The notes under the pieces: generated by a model
What the model was told of the DNA's origin: nothing
Database searches by the model: none
Seen by the model: only the letters and a program-made list of their open reading frames with translations
Program-made: the position numbers and the translations under genes
DNA from: an uncultured Gammaproteobacteria bacterium
Lineage (GTDB): Bacteria; Pseudomonadota; Gammaproteobacteria; UBA9214
Direction: 5' to 3'
Length of the DNA stretch: 64,000 nucleotides
Assembly: GCA_963748215.1 (NCBI GenBank)
Contig: CAVVHS010000008.1
Coordinates: 32,001-96,000, forward strand
Shown: positions 31,183 through 40,574 of the stretch, piece after piece
How positions within the stretch are numbered: the stretch's first letter is position 1
Layout: every line of letters starts with the position of its first letter

Positions 31183-31364
31183 TCAGTAACTATATTCTCT
31201 GACACCAATCATTCGTTCGGTCTATGCACGAGGCCGTCGTGTATATCAGACAAAAAGAATCACACCCACGCTGGTACGCGGGGTGTGATAGTGGCAAATA
31301 TTCGGAGGAGAATTATTATGCTGCCACTGGTTAGTACGATAGCGATATAAATACCCTGTGGATA

Positions 31365-31850
31365 TTGTCCTTTGGTATGAACAGCATCGACGAAATCGCG
31401 GACACCTCGGCACTGGAATTTTCCTACGCGACGCCGTACGAGACCGATACGGACCTGGTCATCCTGATCCAGGGCGCGGGGGAAATTCCGAACGGTGCCT
31501 ACACGACGACTGCAACCTCGGCCCATCTGGCAGTGACGACGCCGACGGAGTTCCTCGTCATTCGTTGCGTCGTCAACCTTATCACCGCCGACTTCAACTG
31601 CGCCCCCACGACTCCCGTCACGTTCGATCTCACCTGGGTCAGGAACGGCCTGGGGTCGGTGTTAGAAAAAACGAAGCGAACAGAGACTCTCGGGCCAGTC
31701 ACCACGAAATTCAAGGGGGAATACGTCAGCGTAGCGGCGACCGTGAACGGGATATGGAACGGACATTCCCCGGCGGACCTTGCCGGGAATCTGCTGGACA
31801 GCCAGAGTACGACGCACATTCGGGAAATCACGCTGGAGGCGAACCCATAG
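31365..31850 (+). CDS. Hypothetical beta-rich protein, possibly 5'-truncated
   Basis: 161 aa Thr-rich ORF with coding-like codon usage; weak start. Confidence 0.6.
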   Translation: MSFGMNSIDEIADTSALEFSYATPYETDTDLVILIQGAGEIPNGAYTTTATSAHLAVTTPTEFLVIRCVVNLITADFNCAPTTPVTFDLTWVRNGLGSVLEKTKRTETLGPVTTKFKGEYVSVAATVNGIWNGHSPADLAGNLLDSQSTTHIREITLEANP

Positions 31851-31889
31851 CGCTGTAATGCACTTGCTTTCAAAAATGGTTTTGGTGAA

Positions 31890-32441
31890 TTGGAGGCGGG
31901 CACCGCGCTTGAAATGCTCCGTGGCACAGCACAGAATGCCGGTGTGAGTGAACAGTTAACCCTGAAAGAGCTGCAGCAGCAAGCCATCGCATTCCGCATG
32001 GCGTTCGATTCCGTCATGCTGTCGACCACTTCCCCGGAAGGCATACCTGATGCCAGTTATGCACCCTGCATACTCGATGGCGAGGGTCGGTGTCACGTCC
32101 TGATCAGCCAGCTTGCCCGGCATACGAAAAATCTGGAGTTACACCCGATAGCAAGCCTGATGTGGATCGAGGACAAGACATCGAGCCGAAATCCGTTCGC
32201 CCGGCGCCGCCTGGTTCTTCAGTGCAACGCTGAAAATATCGAGCGTAACAGCAAGGTCTGGATCCGCATCCTGAAGCAAATGGAGGAACAGCTCGGCAAT
32301 ACGGTGCAACTGCTGACCAGACTGCCGGACTTTATGCTGTTTCGTTTCGACGCCGTCGAAGGCAACTATGTACGTGGTTTTGCGCAGGCGCACCCGGTGA
32401 CCGGTAACGACCTCGTCATGGCCAGACGCAGAACCCGATAA
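31890..32441 (+). CDS. HugZ/HutZ-like pyridoxamine 5'-phosphate oxidase family protein
   Basis: LSTTSPEGIPDASYAP, ISQLARHTKNL, FARRRL, LPDFMLF, YVRGFAQA. Confidence 0.85.
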   Translation: MEAGTALEMLRGTAQNAGVSEQLTLKELQQQAIAFRMAFDSVMLSTTSPEGIPDASYAPCILDGEGRCHVLISQLARHTKNLELHPIASLMWIEDKTSSRNPFARRRLVLQCNAENIERNSKVWIRILKQMEEQLGNTVQLLTRLPDFMLFRFDAVEGNYVRGFAQAHPVTGNDLVMARRRTR

Positions 32442-32841
32442 GCCTGGCGGACCGATAGGTGCGGGGTCGGACCAACGTATGCTGTTGAAGCCACTTGGGT
32501 TATCCTCCAGATTACCGCCCGTGGAACGCTTAAGCGGAGCATTTCATAGAGATTATGAGCAATCTAACGAAACTCGCCTTCGGAAGTAGCTCTGCAGCCG
32601 CGGGATGCAAGCTCGCTTAGAACATGTTTTGAGTATGAATTGGCGCTTCCAAGGTGTTCTTTCGCCCCGCATTGCGAGTATTTGGATCGACCGGTCAGGT
32701 TGTTGCGCTGGTCTGACCAAATGTGCGCTTCCTCGCTATCGACCTGGCGATGCGCTTCGAACCGGCATGAAAAAGCAGATTGGGAAATCCTGGCGGCCGT
32801 ATCGACGTCGTCTCATGGCCAAGCCCGGAAACCCGTCACAT

Positions 32842-32935
32842 AAAAAAACGGCGGCTGTTAGGACAGCCGCCGAAGTTGGAGAAGTTTCTATGAAAGAAAC
32901 TACCACACACGTCTACAGGGGAGAAAACGTGTACC
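32842..32935 (-). ncRNA. Candidate small regulatory RNA
   Basis: Orphan terminator CGGCGGCTGT-CCTA-ACAGCCGCCG-T7, internal TTCTCCCC and CTTCTCC motifs, upstream TAGGAT and tandem boxes. Confidence 0.5.
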
Positions 32936-32953
32936 GGCAATCCTAGCGCTACA

Positions 32954-32974
32954 ACCTTAAAATGACCTTAAAAT
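32954..32974 (-). promoter_or_regulatory. Tandem direct repeat resembling an OmpR-family (PmrA/QseB-type) box
   Basis: ACCTTAAAAT at 32954 and 32965, 11-bp period. Confidence 0.55.
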
Positions 32975-33172
32975 CCGAAGCGACTTGCTACCGCAGGGGC
33001 AACCACGCCCATGACAGCGACGTCCACCGTGAATCTCGCTGCATGCGCCGGTCCCGCTCATTGAGGCATCGCAGAACGCTGGCAGAATCCGCCTGATCAG
33101 GTTCGGGCCGCCACAACACGTAATACCCGGCATTGGGTACTGCGTTGCGCTGGCAAAGCGATCGCGGCCTGC

Positions 33173-33646
33173 CTACTCCACCTTGATCGTGTGACGCTTC
33201 GACCTGGCGATCTTCGGCAGGGTCAGTTCGAGCATGCCGTCCTTGAAATCCACCTTGGCCTTCGAGCCGTCCACGCTGGACGGCAGCGCAACGGTGCGGC
33301 TGAAAGAACCGCGCGAGATCTCGCAACGGTAATAGTCGCCGTCCTCTTTCTTTTCCTCATGGCGGGTTTCGCCCTTGATGGTGACGCTGTCCTCGCTGAC
33401 CGAGACATCCAGATCTTTCTTGTCCACGCCGGGCACCTCGGCCTTTACCACGATTTCTGCCTCGCGGTCCATCACGTCCACCTTGGGAAGCTTGATTTCC
33501 TGCAGCGCAGGCCAGTCAGAACGCCAGGGCCGCAACCAGCTGCCGCGGAAGTACTGGTCGAGCATCTGCTCCATTTCCTCGAACGGGCTCAAGGCACGCG
33601 TTGTCCTGGCCTTCTTCAGTTCCTGTTTCTTGGATTCCTTCGCCAT
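33173..33646 (-). CDS. Hsp20/alpha-crystallin small heat-shock protein
   Basis: PKVDV, AEVPGV, EISRGSFSRTVALP, DGMLELTLPK; GGAGAG RBS. Confidence 0.95.
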   Translation of the reverse strand: MAKESKKQELKKARTTRALSPFEEMEQMLDQYFRGSWLRPWRSDWPALQEIKLPKVDVMDREAEIVVKAEVPGVDKKDLDVSVSEDSVTIKGETRHEEKKEDGDYYRCEISRGSFSRTVALPSSVDGSKAKVDFKDGMLELTLPKIARSKRHTIKVE

Positions 33647-33750
33647 GTCCTTCTCTCCTCACTTCCGGTGATTTCACATGCGCAGTGAATTATCGGCGCA
33701 CTGCAACGTCAAAAGATAAGTTTATTCTATACCTGCCATAGAAAACGGTC

Positions 33751-33764
33751 TTGATATGCGTCAA
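33751..33764 (-). promoter_or_regulatory. FNR-like box upstream of Hsp20
   Basis: TTGAT-ATGC-GTCAA with TAGAAT at 33729-33724, class II spacing. Confidence 0.65.
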
Positions 33765-33902
33765 ACGGGATCAGCCGGACGCCGCAACGGTTTCGCTGGC
33801 AGCCCACCCGAAAGCGGTCATTTCCCGGCCTGCGCTTCGCGCGGGCCGCCGTGACAGGCCCTGCCGTCAAGGTGGGGGGGGTCTGGATGGAACGGAAGGA
33901 AA

Positions 33903-33978
33903 TGGTGCCGGAGATAGGAATCGAACCTACAACCGTCGCGTTACGAGTGCGCTGCTCTACCGTTGGAGCTACTCCGGC
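33903..33978 (-). tRNA. tRNA-Thr(CGT)
   Basis: GCCGGAGTAGCTC...CT-CGT-AA...GGTTCGATTCC..CTCCGGCACCA, 76 nt. Confidence 0.95.
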
Positions 33979-34022
33979 GTACTGAGGCGGGGGATTGTAC
34001 CGCGTTATGCTGCCCTGCGGGA

Positions 34023-34466
34023 TCAGTTTACCGCAGATTCATTGCGGATACGGACGATGACATCGACCCCGGCCGCCACCGTGCCGGTCGGGAGTTCCGG
34101 CAGCGCGCTGATGTCGAGCTGCTCCTGCTCGATGTCTACCAGCTCGCCGGTATCCACGTTGTAGAAATGGTGGTGATGCCGGGTGTTCGGGTCATAGAAC
34201 ACACGGGTCGGGTCCACGATCACCTCGCGCACCAGCCCGCTGCGCGCGAACAGTCCCAGCGTGTTGTACACCGTCGCCTTGGACACGCGGTCGTCGCCCG
34301 CGTTGACCTGGCGCATCACCTGGTCGGCTGAATAGTGCCCACACTGTGCAAACAGCACCCGCGCAATCATCACCCGTTGCTGGGTAGGCAGAATGCCGTG
34401 CGCCTTCAGCATATCCGTCAGTTCGACTTCAGATGAAGTAAGCAACTGTTTGTCCGTGTTTTTCAT
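34023..34466 (-). CDS. Fur-family regulator (Irr-like, no CXXC)
   Basis: PTQQR, VSKATVYNTL, YDPNTRHHHHFY. Confidence 0.9.
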   Translation of the reverse strand: MKNTDKQLLTSSEVELTDMLKAHGILPTQQRVMIARVLFAQCGHYSADQVMRQVNAGDDRVSKATVYNTLGLFARSGLVREVIVDPTRVFYDPNTRHHHHFYNVDTGELVDIEQEQLDISALPELPTGTVAAGVDVIVRIRNESAVN

Positions 34467-34519
34467 GTTCAAATTATAAGCATGGCGGCACGCCTGCGTC
34501 TATGCCGCGGGCCGCACGC

Positions 34520-35617
34520 TCAACAGGCGTAGGGGGCGAAATCGGTGAAACCGGCATGTGTCAGCACGCGGTCCGCCAGCAGCCGGGCCGATGCCGGCCC
34601 CATTACCACGCCATTGCGAAAATGCCCGGTATTCAGGTATAAGCCACTGATTTCATTGTACTTGCAAATAAACGGCACGCCATCGCGCGTACCCGGCCGC
34701 AGGCCGGCCCAGTGCCGGATCACCGGGTAGTCCGCGAGTACGGGCGCGATCCGCACGGCCTGCGCCGTCAGCAGTTCGCGTGCCTCCGGGGTGGTCGCCT
34801 TGTCGAAACCGGTGTACTCAAGCGTGCTGCCGGCCAGCACCAGCCCGTCGCGGCGCGGGATCAGGTAATAGCCGTCGGAGAGTACGATGTGCCGCAACAG
34901 ACCCGGGCGCGTCTCGAACTGGATCATCTGGCCGCGCACCGGCGTCACCGGCAATACCGGCCCCGTGCCGTGCAGCAGTTCCGCACTCCACGCCCCACCG
35001 GCGATGACGACCCGCTCCGCCGTCACCCGGCCCCGCGCGGTCTCTACCCCCTCCATGCGGCCCTGCCTGACCAGCAGTCGCTGCACGGCACTGTGTTCGT
35101 GCAGCTGCACGCCCAACTGCTCCAGCCGCACGCGCAGGGCTGCGCACAGGCGCGGATTGCGGACCTGCGCCACCGCAGGCAGCAGCAAGGCCGGCCCGCT
35201 GGCCACGGCCAGTGCCGGGTCCGCTGCCTGCACGGCGCAGGTATCCAGTGCCTGCACCTCGACCGCATGACGCTCGGCCCAGGCACTGATAGCCTTCGAC
35301 AGCGCCGTATCCAGCAACAGGAGTCCGGAGCGGATCCATTCGGGATCAATGCCGGTCTCCCGCTGCAGCTCATCCACCAGCCCCGGGTAGTCCTGCTGGC
35401 TGCGGGCGACCAGGTTCGCGACCGCATCGGGATAGTCCCACGGGGTGAGCGGCGAGAGGATACCGCCCCCCGCCCAGGACGATTCACGGCAGAGTTCGCC
35501 GCGCTCCAGCACGGCGACCGTCAGCCCCTCGCGCGCGAGGTAAAGCGCGCTCAGCAGCCCGATCAGGCCGCCGCCCGCGACGACACAATCCACACTGTTG
35601 TCGCTGCCGCTCGTCAC
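34520..35617 (-). CDS. thiO: Glycine oxidase
   Basis: GGGLIG, ESSWAGGGILSPL, PVRGQM, HWAGLRP, GHFRNG; start inferred. Confidence 0.88.
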   Translation of the reverse strand: MTSGSDNSVDCVVAGGGLIGLLSALYLAREGLTVAVLERGELCRESSWAGGGILSPLTPWDYPDAVANLVARSQQDYPGLVDELQRETGIDPEWIRSGLLLLDTALSKAISAWAERHAVEVQALDTCAVQAADPALAVASGPALLLPAVAQVRNPRLCAALRVRLEQLGVQLHEHSAVQRLLVRQGRMEGVETARGRVTAERVVIAGGAWSAELLHGTGPVLPVTPVRGQMIQFETRPGLLRHIVLSDGYYLIPRRDGLVLAGSTLEYTGFDKATTPEARELLTAQAVRIAPVLADYPVIRHWAGLRPGTRDGVPFICKYNEISGLYLNTGHFRNGVVMGPASARLLADRVLTHAGFTDFAPYAC

Positions 35618-35865
35618 TTGTGTTGTACCTGTATGAACACCCTGGTTATGCCTGTCTGTGTCAGCCGGTTTGCGCAAGGCGGGCCGGGGCTGACTGCGCG
35701 ACAGCTGCCGCCTGCGCACGGACCTTTCCGCTGGCGGTTCGGAAAACCACTGGTCGGAAAAACGCCTCCGCCTATCTTATCGGGGATGACAACACGGCGC
35801 GAGGTTTGTACAAACAGCAGAAACCCGCGGCAGCGCGCCGCGGAACACTCGACACGACAGGCACC

Positions 35866-36372
35866 ATGCGGCAATCAGCGGATCACCGGCAACGACTCGC
35901 GCCCCTCGGAAGGGGCTTCACCCTGTTCGAGGTGATGATCGCGCTGCTGGTGCTGTCGATCGGACTGCTCGGCCTGGCCGCGCTGCAGACCAGTACGCTG
36001 CGCACCGGACAGATGGCCGACATGCGCACGCGCGCCGTGCAGGCGGCTGCGGATATGGTCGAGCGCATGCACGCCAACCCGTCCGGCACGGCCGCCGGCC
36101 AGTATGCCATCACCCGCCAGCGCGCCGCGCGGCACAGCACCGCGACCGGCACGGCCCTGGCCGACCTCGTCGACTGGCACGCCCGACTGACGCGGCTGCC
36201 CGACGGCCAGGGCGAGATCAGCCGCTGCAGCCGAAGCTGTGCAGGCATCGGTCAGCCCGCCTGGAGCGTTACGGTGTGGTGGAACGCGGCGCGTGACCCC
36301 GTCGCACGTGGCTTCCATTGCCCACCCCGCTCCGCGGCCGACCTGCGCTGTGTGCGCCTGGTACTGCGCTGA
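35866..36372 (+). CDS. pilV: Type IV pilus minor pilin PilV
   Basis: GFTLFEVMIALLVLSIGLLGLAALQ, ERMHAN. Confidence 0.9.
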   Translation: MRQSADHRQRLAPLGRGFTLFEVMIALLVLSIGLLGLAALQTSTLRTGQMADMRTRAVQAAADMVERMHANPSGTAAGQYAITRQRAARHSTATGTALADLVDWHARLTRLPDGQGEISRCSRSCAGIGQPAWSVTVWWNAARDPVARGFHCPPRSAADLRCVRLVLR

Positions 36373-37349
36373 TGCGGGTCCACACGCCATGCCGTGGCTT
36401 CAGCCTGGTCGAATTACTGGTTGCACTGGCCATCACACTGGTCGTGCTGGCCGGCATCGGCCGGGTGTTCATCGCAACCGGGCACAGTTACCGTCTGCAG
36501 GACAGCCTTGCGCGCCTGCAGGAAAACGCCCGCTACGCGCTCGAGACGCTGGCCACCGACCTGCGTCGCACCGGCTACCGGGGCGGCATTGCCGACCTGC
36601 ACCGCATCGAGGACCACACCCCGGCCGGGCTCGCACGGGGTCGGCGCGTGGCGCGCGATGACGGCAGCTGCAGCGGCCCGGACTGGGCATTGATGCTGGA
36701 ATACCGCGTATTCGGCAAGGACGACACGCGACGCAACTATCCTTGCCTGGCAGCGGATAAAACGCCCCGTGGCGACGTCCTGGTGGTGCGTTACATGGCA
36801 CCCTGGCAGGTGGGCGGAACAACGACACCGGTCTTTCAGCCGCGGCAGTATTACCTGCGCAGTTCGGTGTTCGCCGGCCGGCTGTTTCGAGGCGCCGACC
36901 AGGCAAGCCACGCCGTCACCGGCACGCCGGTGCGCGTCGCCGAGCTGGTCGCGCGCGCCTATTACATCCACACCGCCCCCGGCACCGGCTGTGCGCAACC
37001 AGGCACCGTTCCCGCCCTGTACCGCACGTCGCTCGCCAACGGCCGGCTGGTCGCCGGCGAGATCGCCCGTGGCGTGGAACAGTTGCAGGTGCAGTACGGT
37101 ATCGATACCAATGCCGACGGGTCGGTCGACCGCTATATCGATGCCCCGCCCGCCGGCGATACGCCCGCCTGGCGGGCGGTCGTCGCAGTGCGGTTCTGGA
37201 TCCTGCTGCGCAGCGACTGCACGGAAACGGGCCACACCGACACCGGCAGCTACCGTCTGGGCAATATCAGCCTGATACCGGCCGATGGCTACCGGCGCCA
37301 GCTGTACTCGCACACGGTCTACCTGCGCAACCCGGGTCTGCCGCCATGA
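36372..37349 (+). CDS. pilW: Type IV pilus minor pilin PilW
   Basis: GFSLVELLVAL, RLQENARYA, GVEQLQVQYGID, VYLRN; TGATG coupling. Confidence 0.9.
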   Translation: MRVHTPCRGFSLVELLVALAITLVVLAGIGRVFIATGHSYRLQDSLARLQENARYALETLATDLRRTGYRGGIADLHRIEDHTPAGLARGRRVARDDGSCSGPDWALMLEYRVFGKDDTRRNYPCLAADKTPRGDVLVVRYMAPWQVGGTTTPVFQPRQYYLRSSVFAGRLFRGADQASHAVTGTPVRVAELVARAYYIHTAPGTGCAQPGTVPALYRTSLANGRLVAGEIARGVEQLQVQYGIDTNADGSVDRYIDAPPAGDTPAWRAVVAVRFWILLRSDCTETGHTDTGSYRLGNISLIPADGYRRQLYSHTVYLRNPGLPP

Positions 37350-38059
37350 CACCCGACGGCACCCGTGGCGTGCACTCCGCTGCATGGCAGTCCGGCACGG
37401 CCCTGCCCGTCGCGCTGGTCTTCCTGCTGGTATCCACGCTGCTCGGTACGTTCGGCATGCACCAGTCACGGCTGGAAAATCGCATGGCCGGCAACGCGCA
37501 GTACCAGGTTCTGGCCCTGCACAATGTGGAGTACGTACTGGCTGCGGCCGAGGCGGATATCGAGGCGCAGCAGGGTAATCCATTCCACCCTGACCGCCCC
37601 GGCGATCACTATTATCCGCAGGATACGGTCGACTTCGATCGCGGCACCCCGGGCATGCAACAACCCGCCAACCGGGTATGGACCTTCGGCAGTGCGCAGG
37701 TGTCGCTGCCCGATATCGACGGTGACGGCAGTGACACTGACGGCGACGGCATCGCCGATGACGGGACCGGCCAGTACATCATCCAGGATGCCGGCATGGA
37801 ACTGACCCTGAGCGGGCAGATATCGCGTTCCGCCGCCCCGACTGCCTTGACCGGCAGCAGGATACAGGCCTTCGTGGTGACGGCGCGCAGCCGGACATCG
37901 GGTGGTGCACAGCGCATCGTGCAGAGCGTCTATCTCCGCACACCGTTGCCGGGCACACCGGGCGGCGCGACGGTCACGGTGCCACGTGCAACAGGAGCGG
38001 GTGCTGCCCTGCCGAATCCCGTCTACGGCCGGCGCAGCTGGATTGACCTGCGCGAGTGA
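37346..38059 (+). CDS. pilX: Type IV pilus minor pilin PilX
   Basis: QSGTALPVALVFLL (no Glu5), LENRMAGN, IVQSVY. Confidence 0.8.
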   Translation: MTPDGTRGVHSAAWQSGTALPVALVFLLVSTLLGTFGMHQSRLENRMAGNAQYQVLALHNVEYVLAAAEADIEAQQGNPFHPDRPGDHYYPQDTVDFDRGTPGMQQPANRVWTFGSAQVSLPDIDGDGSDTDGDGIADDGTGQYIIQDAGMELTLSGQISRSAAPTALTGSRIQAFVVTARSRTSGGAQRIVQSVYLRTPLPGTPGGATVTVPRATGAGAALPNPVYGRRSWIDLRE

Positions 38060-38502
38060 CACTGCAGCGGCCCGTTCTCCTGCCACCTCCCTGCCGGCGC
38101 GGCTTCAGCCTGCCTGAACTGCTGGCGGTAATTGCCATCCTCGGCATACTCGTCGCTATCGGCTACCCTGCCTACACCGAGCAACTCAGGCAGTCGCGGC
38201 GCGCGGAGGGTATGGGCGCACTGCTGGAGCTGGCGGCGCGCCTGGAAGGCTTCTACGCCGACCACGGCACTTACCTGGGCGCGACACTGGGCCACGGGGC
38301 CAGTGCTGTCTTTCCGACCGTCACCGTCAACGGCTATTACACGCTGGGTATCGATGCGCAGTCGGCGACCGGATACACCGTCAGCGCCACACCGACGCGA
38401 CGCACCGGGCAGCACCGCGACCGGTGCGGCAGTTTCATGCTGACCTCGCTGGGCGTGCGCTCGGTGGGCAATGCCGCCTATTACAGTCGCTGCTGGCGCT
38501 AG
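38056..38502 (+). CDS. pilE: Type IV pilus minor pilin PilE
   Basis: GFSLPELLAVIAILGIL, YPAY, RRAEG, DRCG, terminal CW. Confidence 0.9.
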   Translation: MTLQRPVLLPPPCRRGFSLPELLAVIAILGILVAIGYPAYTEQLRQSRRAEGMGALLELAARLEGFYADHGTYLGATLGHGASAVFPTVTVNGYYTLGIDAQSATGYTVSATPTRRTGQHRDRCGSFMLTSLGVRSVGNAAYYSRCWR

Positions 38503-38579
38503 TTCCTTGATCAAGCAGATATGAAATGGCCACGTAATGACACGTGAAAAACACCCCGGGGAAAACACCGATCAAGTTC

Positions 38580-38948
38580 ACGAGATTCCTTCGCGCACCG
38601 CATCCGCTCCTACCGGTGCTGGCGCCTTGTGTGCCTGAAGGATATTGGATTTTATTTTTCCGTGTTCTTCCGTGGATTCCGTGGCCGTTATTTTTGTAGG
38701 GTGCACTCCGTGCACCGTTCGCCGGTGCGTAAAACGCACCCTACGCCCGGGCATTATGTTTCCGTGTTCTTCCGTGGATTCCGTGGCCGTTATTTTTTTG
38801 TAGGGTACACGCCGCGCACCGCTGCCGATGCGTAAACGCACCCCACGTCCGGGCATTATTTTCCGTGTAATTCCGTGTGCTTCCGTGGCCATTATTTTTT
38901 GCAGGGTGCACTCCGTGCACCGCTATCGGCGCGTAAAACGCACCCTAC
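38580..38948. repeat. Tandem REP mosaic between convergent pilE and ispH
   Basis: Three alternations of TTCCGTG..TTCCGTGGCC with GTAGGGTGCAC..GGTGCGTAAAACGCACCCTAC doublets. Confidence 0.88.
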
Positions 38949-39892
38949 TACTCCTGGTCGCGTTTCAGCTCCGACGGCAGCGAGAAGGTCACCGGCTCCT
39001 TTCTGCCCGCGGTCTCCTCGACCGTCACGGCGCCCCAGGCACGCAGCTGTTCCACAACACCGGCGACGAGCGCCTCCGGCGCGGAAGCCCCGGCGGTTAC
39101 GCCGACGGACTGCTTGCCGGCCAGCCACGCCGGCTGTATCTGGGATGCCTCGTCGATGAGGTAGGCCGGTATCCCGCTGTTCTCGCCCAGTTCGCGCAGC
39201 CGGTTGGAATTCGAGCTGTTCGGCGAACCGACCACCAGCATCACGTCGCAGCGCGCGGCCAGGTTCTTCACCGCATCCTGGCGGTTCTGGGTGGCGTAGC
39301 AGATGTCGTCCTTGCGTGGCCCCTGGATGGCGGGAAAACGCTGCCTGAGCGCATCGATCACGCGCTCGGTATCGTCGACCGACAGCGTAGTCTGGGTCAC
39401 GAAGGCCAGATCGTCCGGGTTCCGTACCGATAGCAGCCGCACGTCTTCCGGCGTCTCGACCAGGTACATCGCGCCACCGTTGCCGGTGACATACTGCCCC
39501 ATGGTGCCCTCCACCTCCGGGTGGCCCTTGTGGCCAATCAGGATGCATTCGCGCCCGGCCTCGCCGTGGCGGCTGACCTCGAGGTGCACCTTGGTCACCA
39601 GCGGACAGGTCGCATCGAACACGCGCAGCCCGCGCTGGCGGCCTTCCTCGTGCACCGTCCGCGCCACGCCGTGCGCGCTGTAGATCACGGTGCCGCCATC
39701 CGGTACCTCGTCGAGCTCGTCGACAAATACCGTGCCGCGGGCGCGCAAGCCCTCGACCACATGGCGATTGTGCACCACCTCGTGGCGTACATAGATCGGT
39801 GCGCCGAACAGTTCCAGCGCACGCTCGACGATCTCGATGGCGCGATCGACACCGGCACAGAAGCCGCGCGGATTGGCAAGCAGGATTTTCAT
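38948..39892 (-). CDS. ispH: 4-hydroxy-3-methylbut-2-enyl diphosphate reductase
   Basis: [37 protein letters not shown]. Confidence 0.97.
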   Translation of the reverse strand: MKILLANPRGFCAGVDRAIEIVERALELFGAPIYVRHEVVHNRHVVEGLRARGTVFVDELDEVPDGGTVIYSAHGVARTVHEEGRQRGLRVFDATCPLVTKVHLEVSRHGEAGRECILIGHKGHPEVEGTMGQYVTGNGGAMYLVETPEDVRLLSVRNPDDLAFVTQTTLSVDDTERVIDALRQRFPAIQGPRKDDICYATQNRQDAVKNLAARCDVMLVVGSPNSSNSNRLRELGENSGIPAYLIDEASQIQPAWLAGKQSVGVTAGASAPEALVAGVVEQLRAWGAVTVEETAGRKEPVTFSLPSELKRDQE

Positions 39893-40574
39893 GAGTTGTC
39901 CGGTTTGACTAACGAGTGAATTATAGGCCGTAGCGGACCGCGACTGCCAGGAAACAACCATACAGGGCAAAGGGATGCCGTGTTTTGCTCTCAACATTGT
40001 TGGCCAGTACAAAACCAGCCCGGCCTGTCCTTGTTCACCGCATCCTGTATGGCCACCTGGACTTGGCATGACCGGGTGATCCAATTCCGTCAATGAATAC
40101 AGGCCGGGTTCGGTCAGCAACAGACATATAGCGGACATCAACCACCAGCTCTGATAATGCTGAGCTGTACTTCCGGGTACGGTCATAAGTTGCGGTTCCC
40201 CGTACACAGAAATTTCTGCTGGTGCGGGGTATCTGATCGGCGACTACCAGCCAGAATCGATGGACCGCCGAACAACTAACGAATGGCCGGCTCTTGTGAT
40301 TGTTGACGTTCGGGTTCCAGTTGTAACGGGGGATCGACGAACCTGAGGTATCGATCGCGCGGTAAAACTGCCTTGGGGCGTACCACAGTAAGATGGATTA
40401 CGCAGTTTCCGAACGGTACATACACTCGTGCACTTTTTTCCTGTTTTCCAACGCAACTTCCCTTTTACCTCTGATGCAAACGCAAACCCCCTGTCGAGCA
40501 GGGGGTTCATGAAGCTGAAGAACTATCCCGATCAAGCGAACGCCTATGTTGTCAGCAGGCGTCCGCAAATACTG

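Noticed and set aside
38580-38948. Possible CRISPR array in the REP mosaics
   Set aside because: The spacers are themselves repeats, orientation is mixed, and copies are dispersed
39893-40207. N-terminal extension of IspH (similar extensions on PyrC, FkpB, RpsT, ThiO)
   Set aside because: Open frame upstream of the family-typical start; not protein-like
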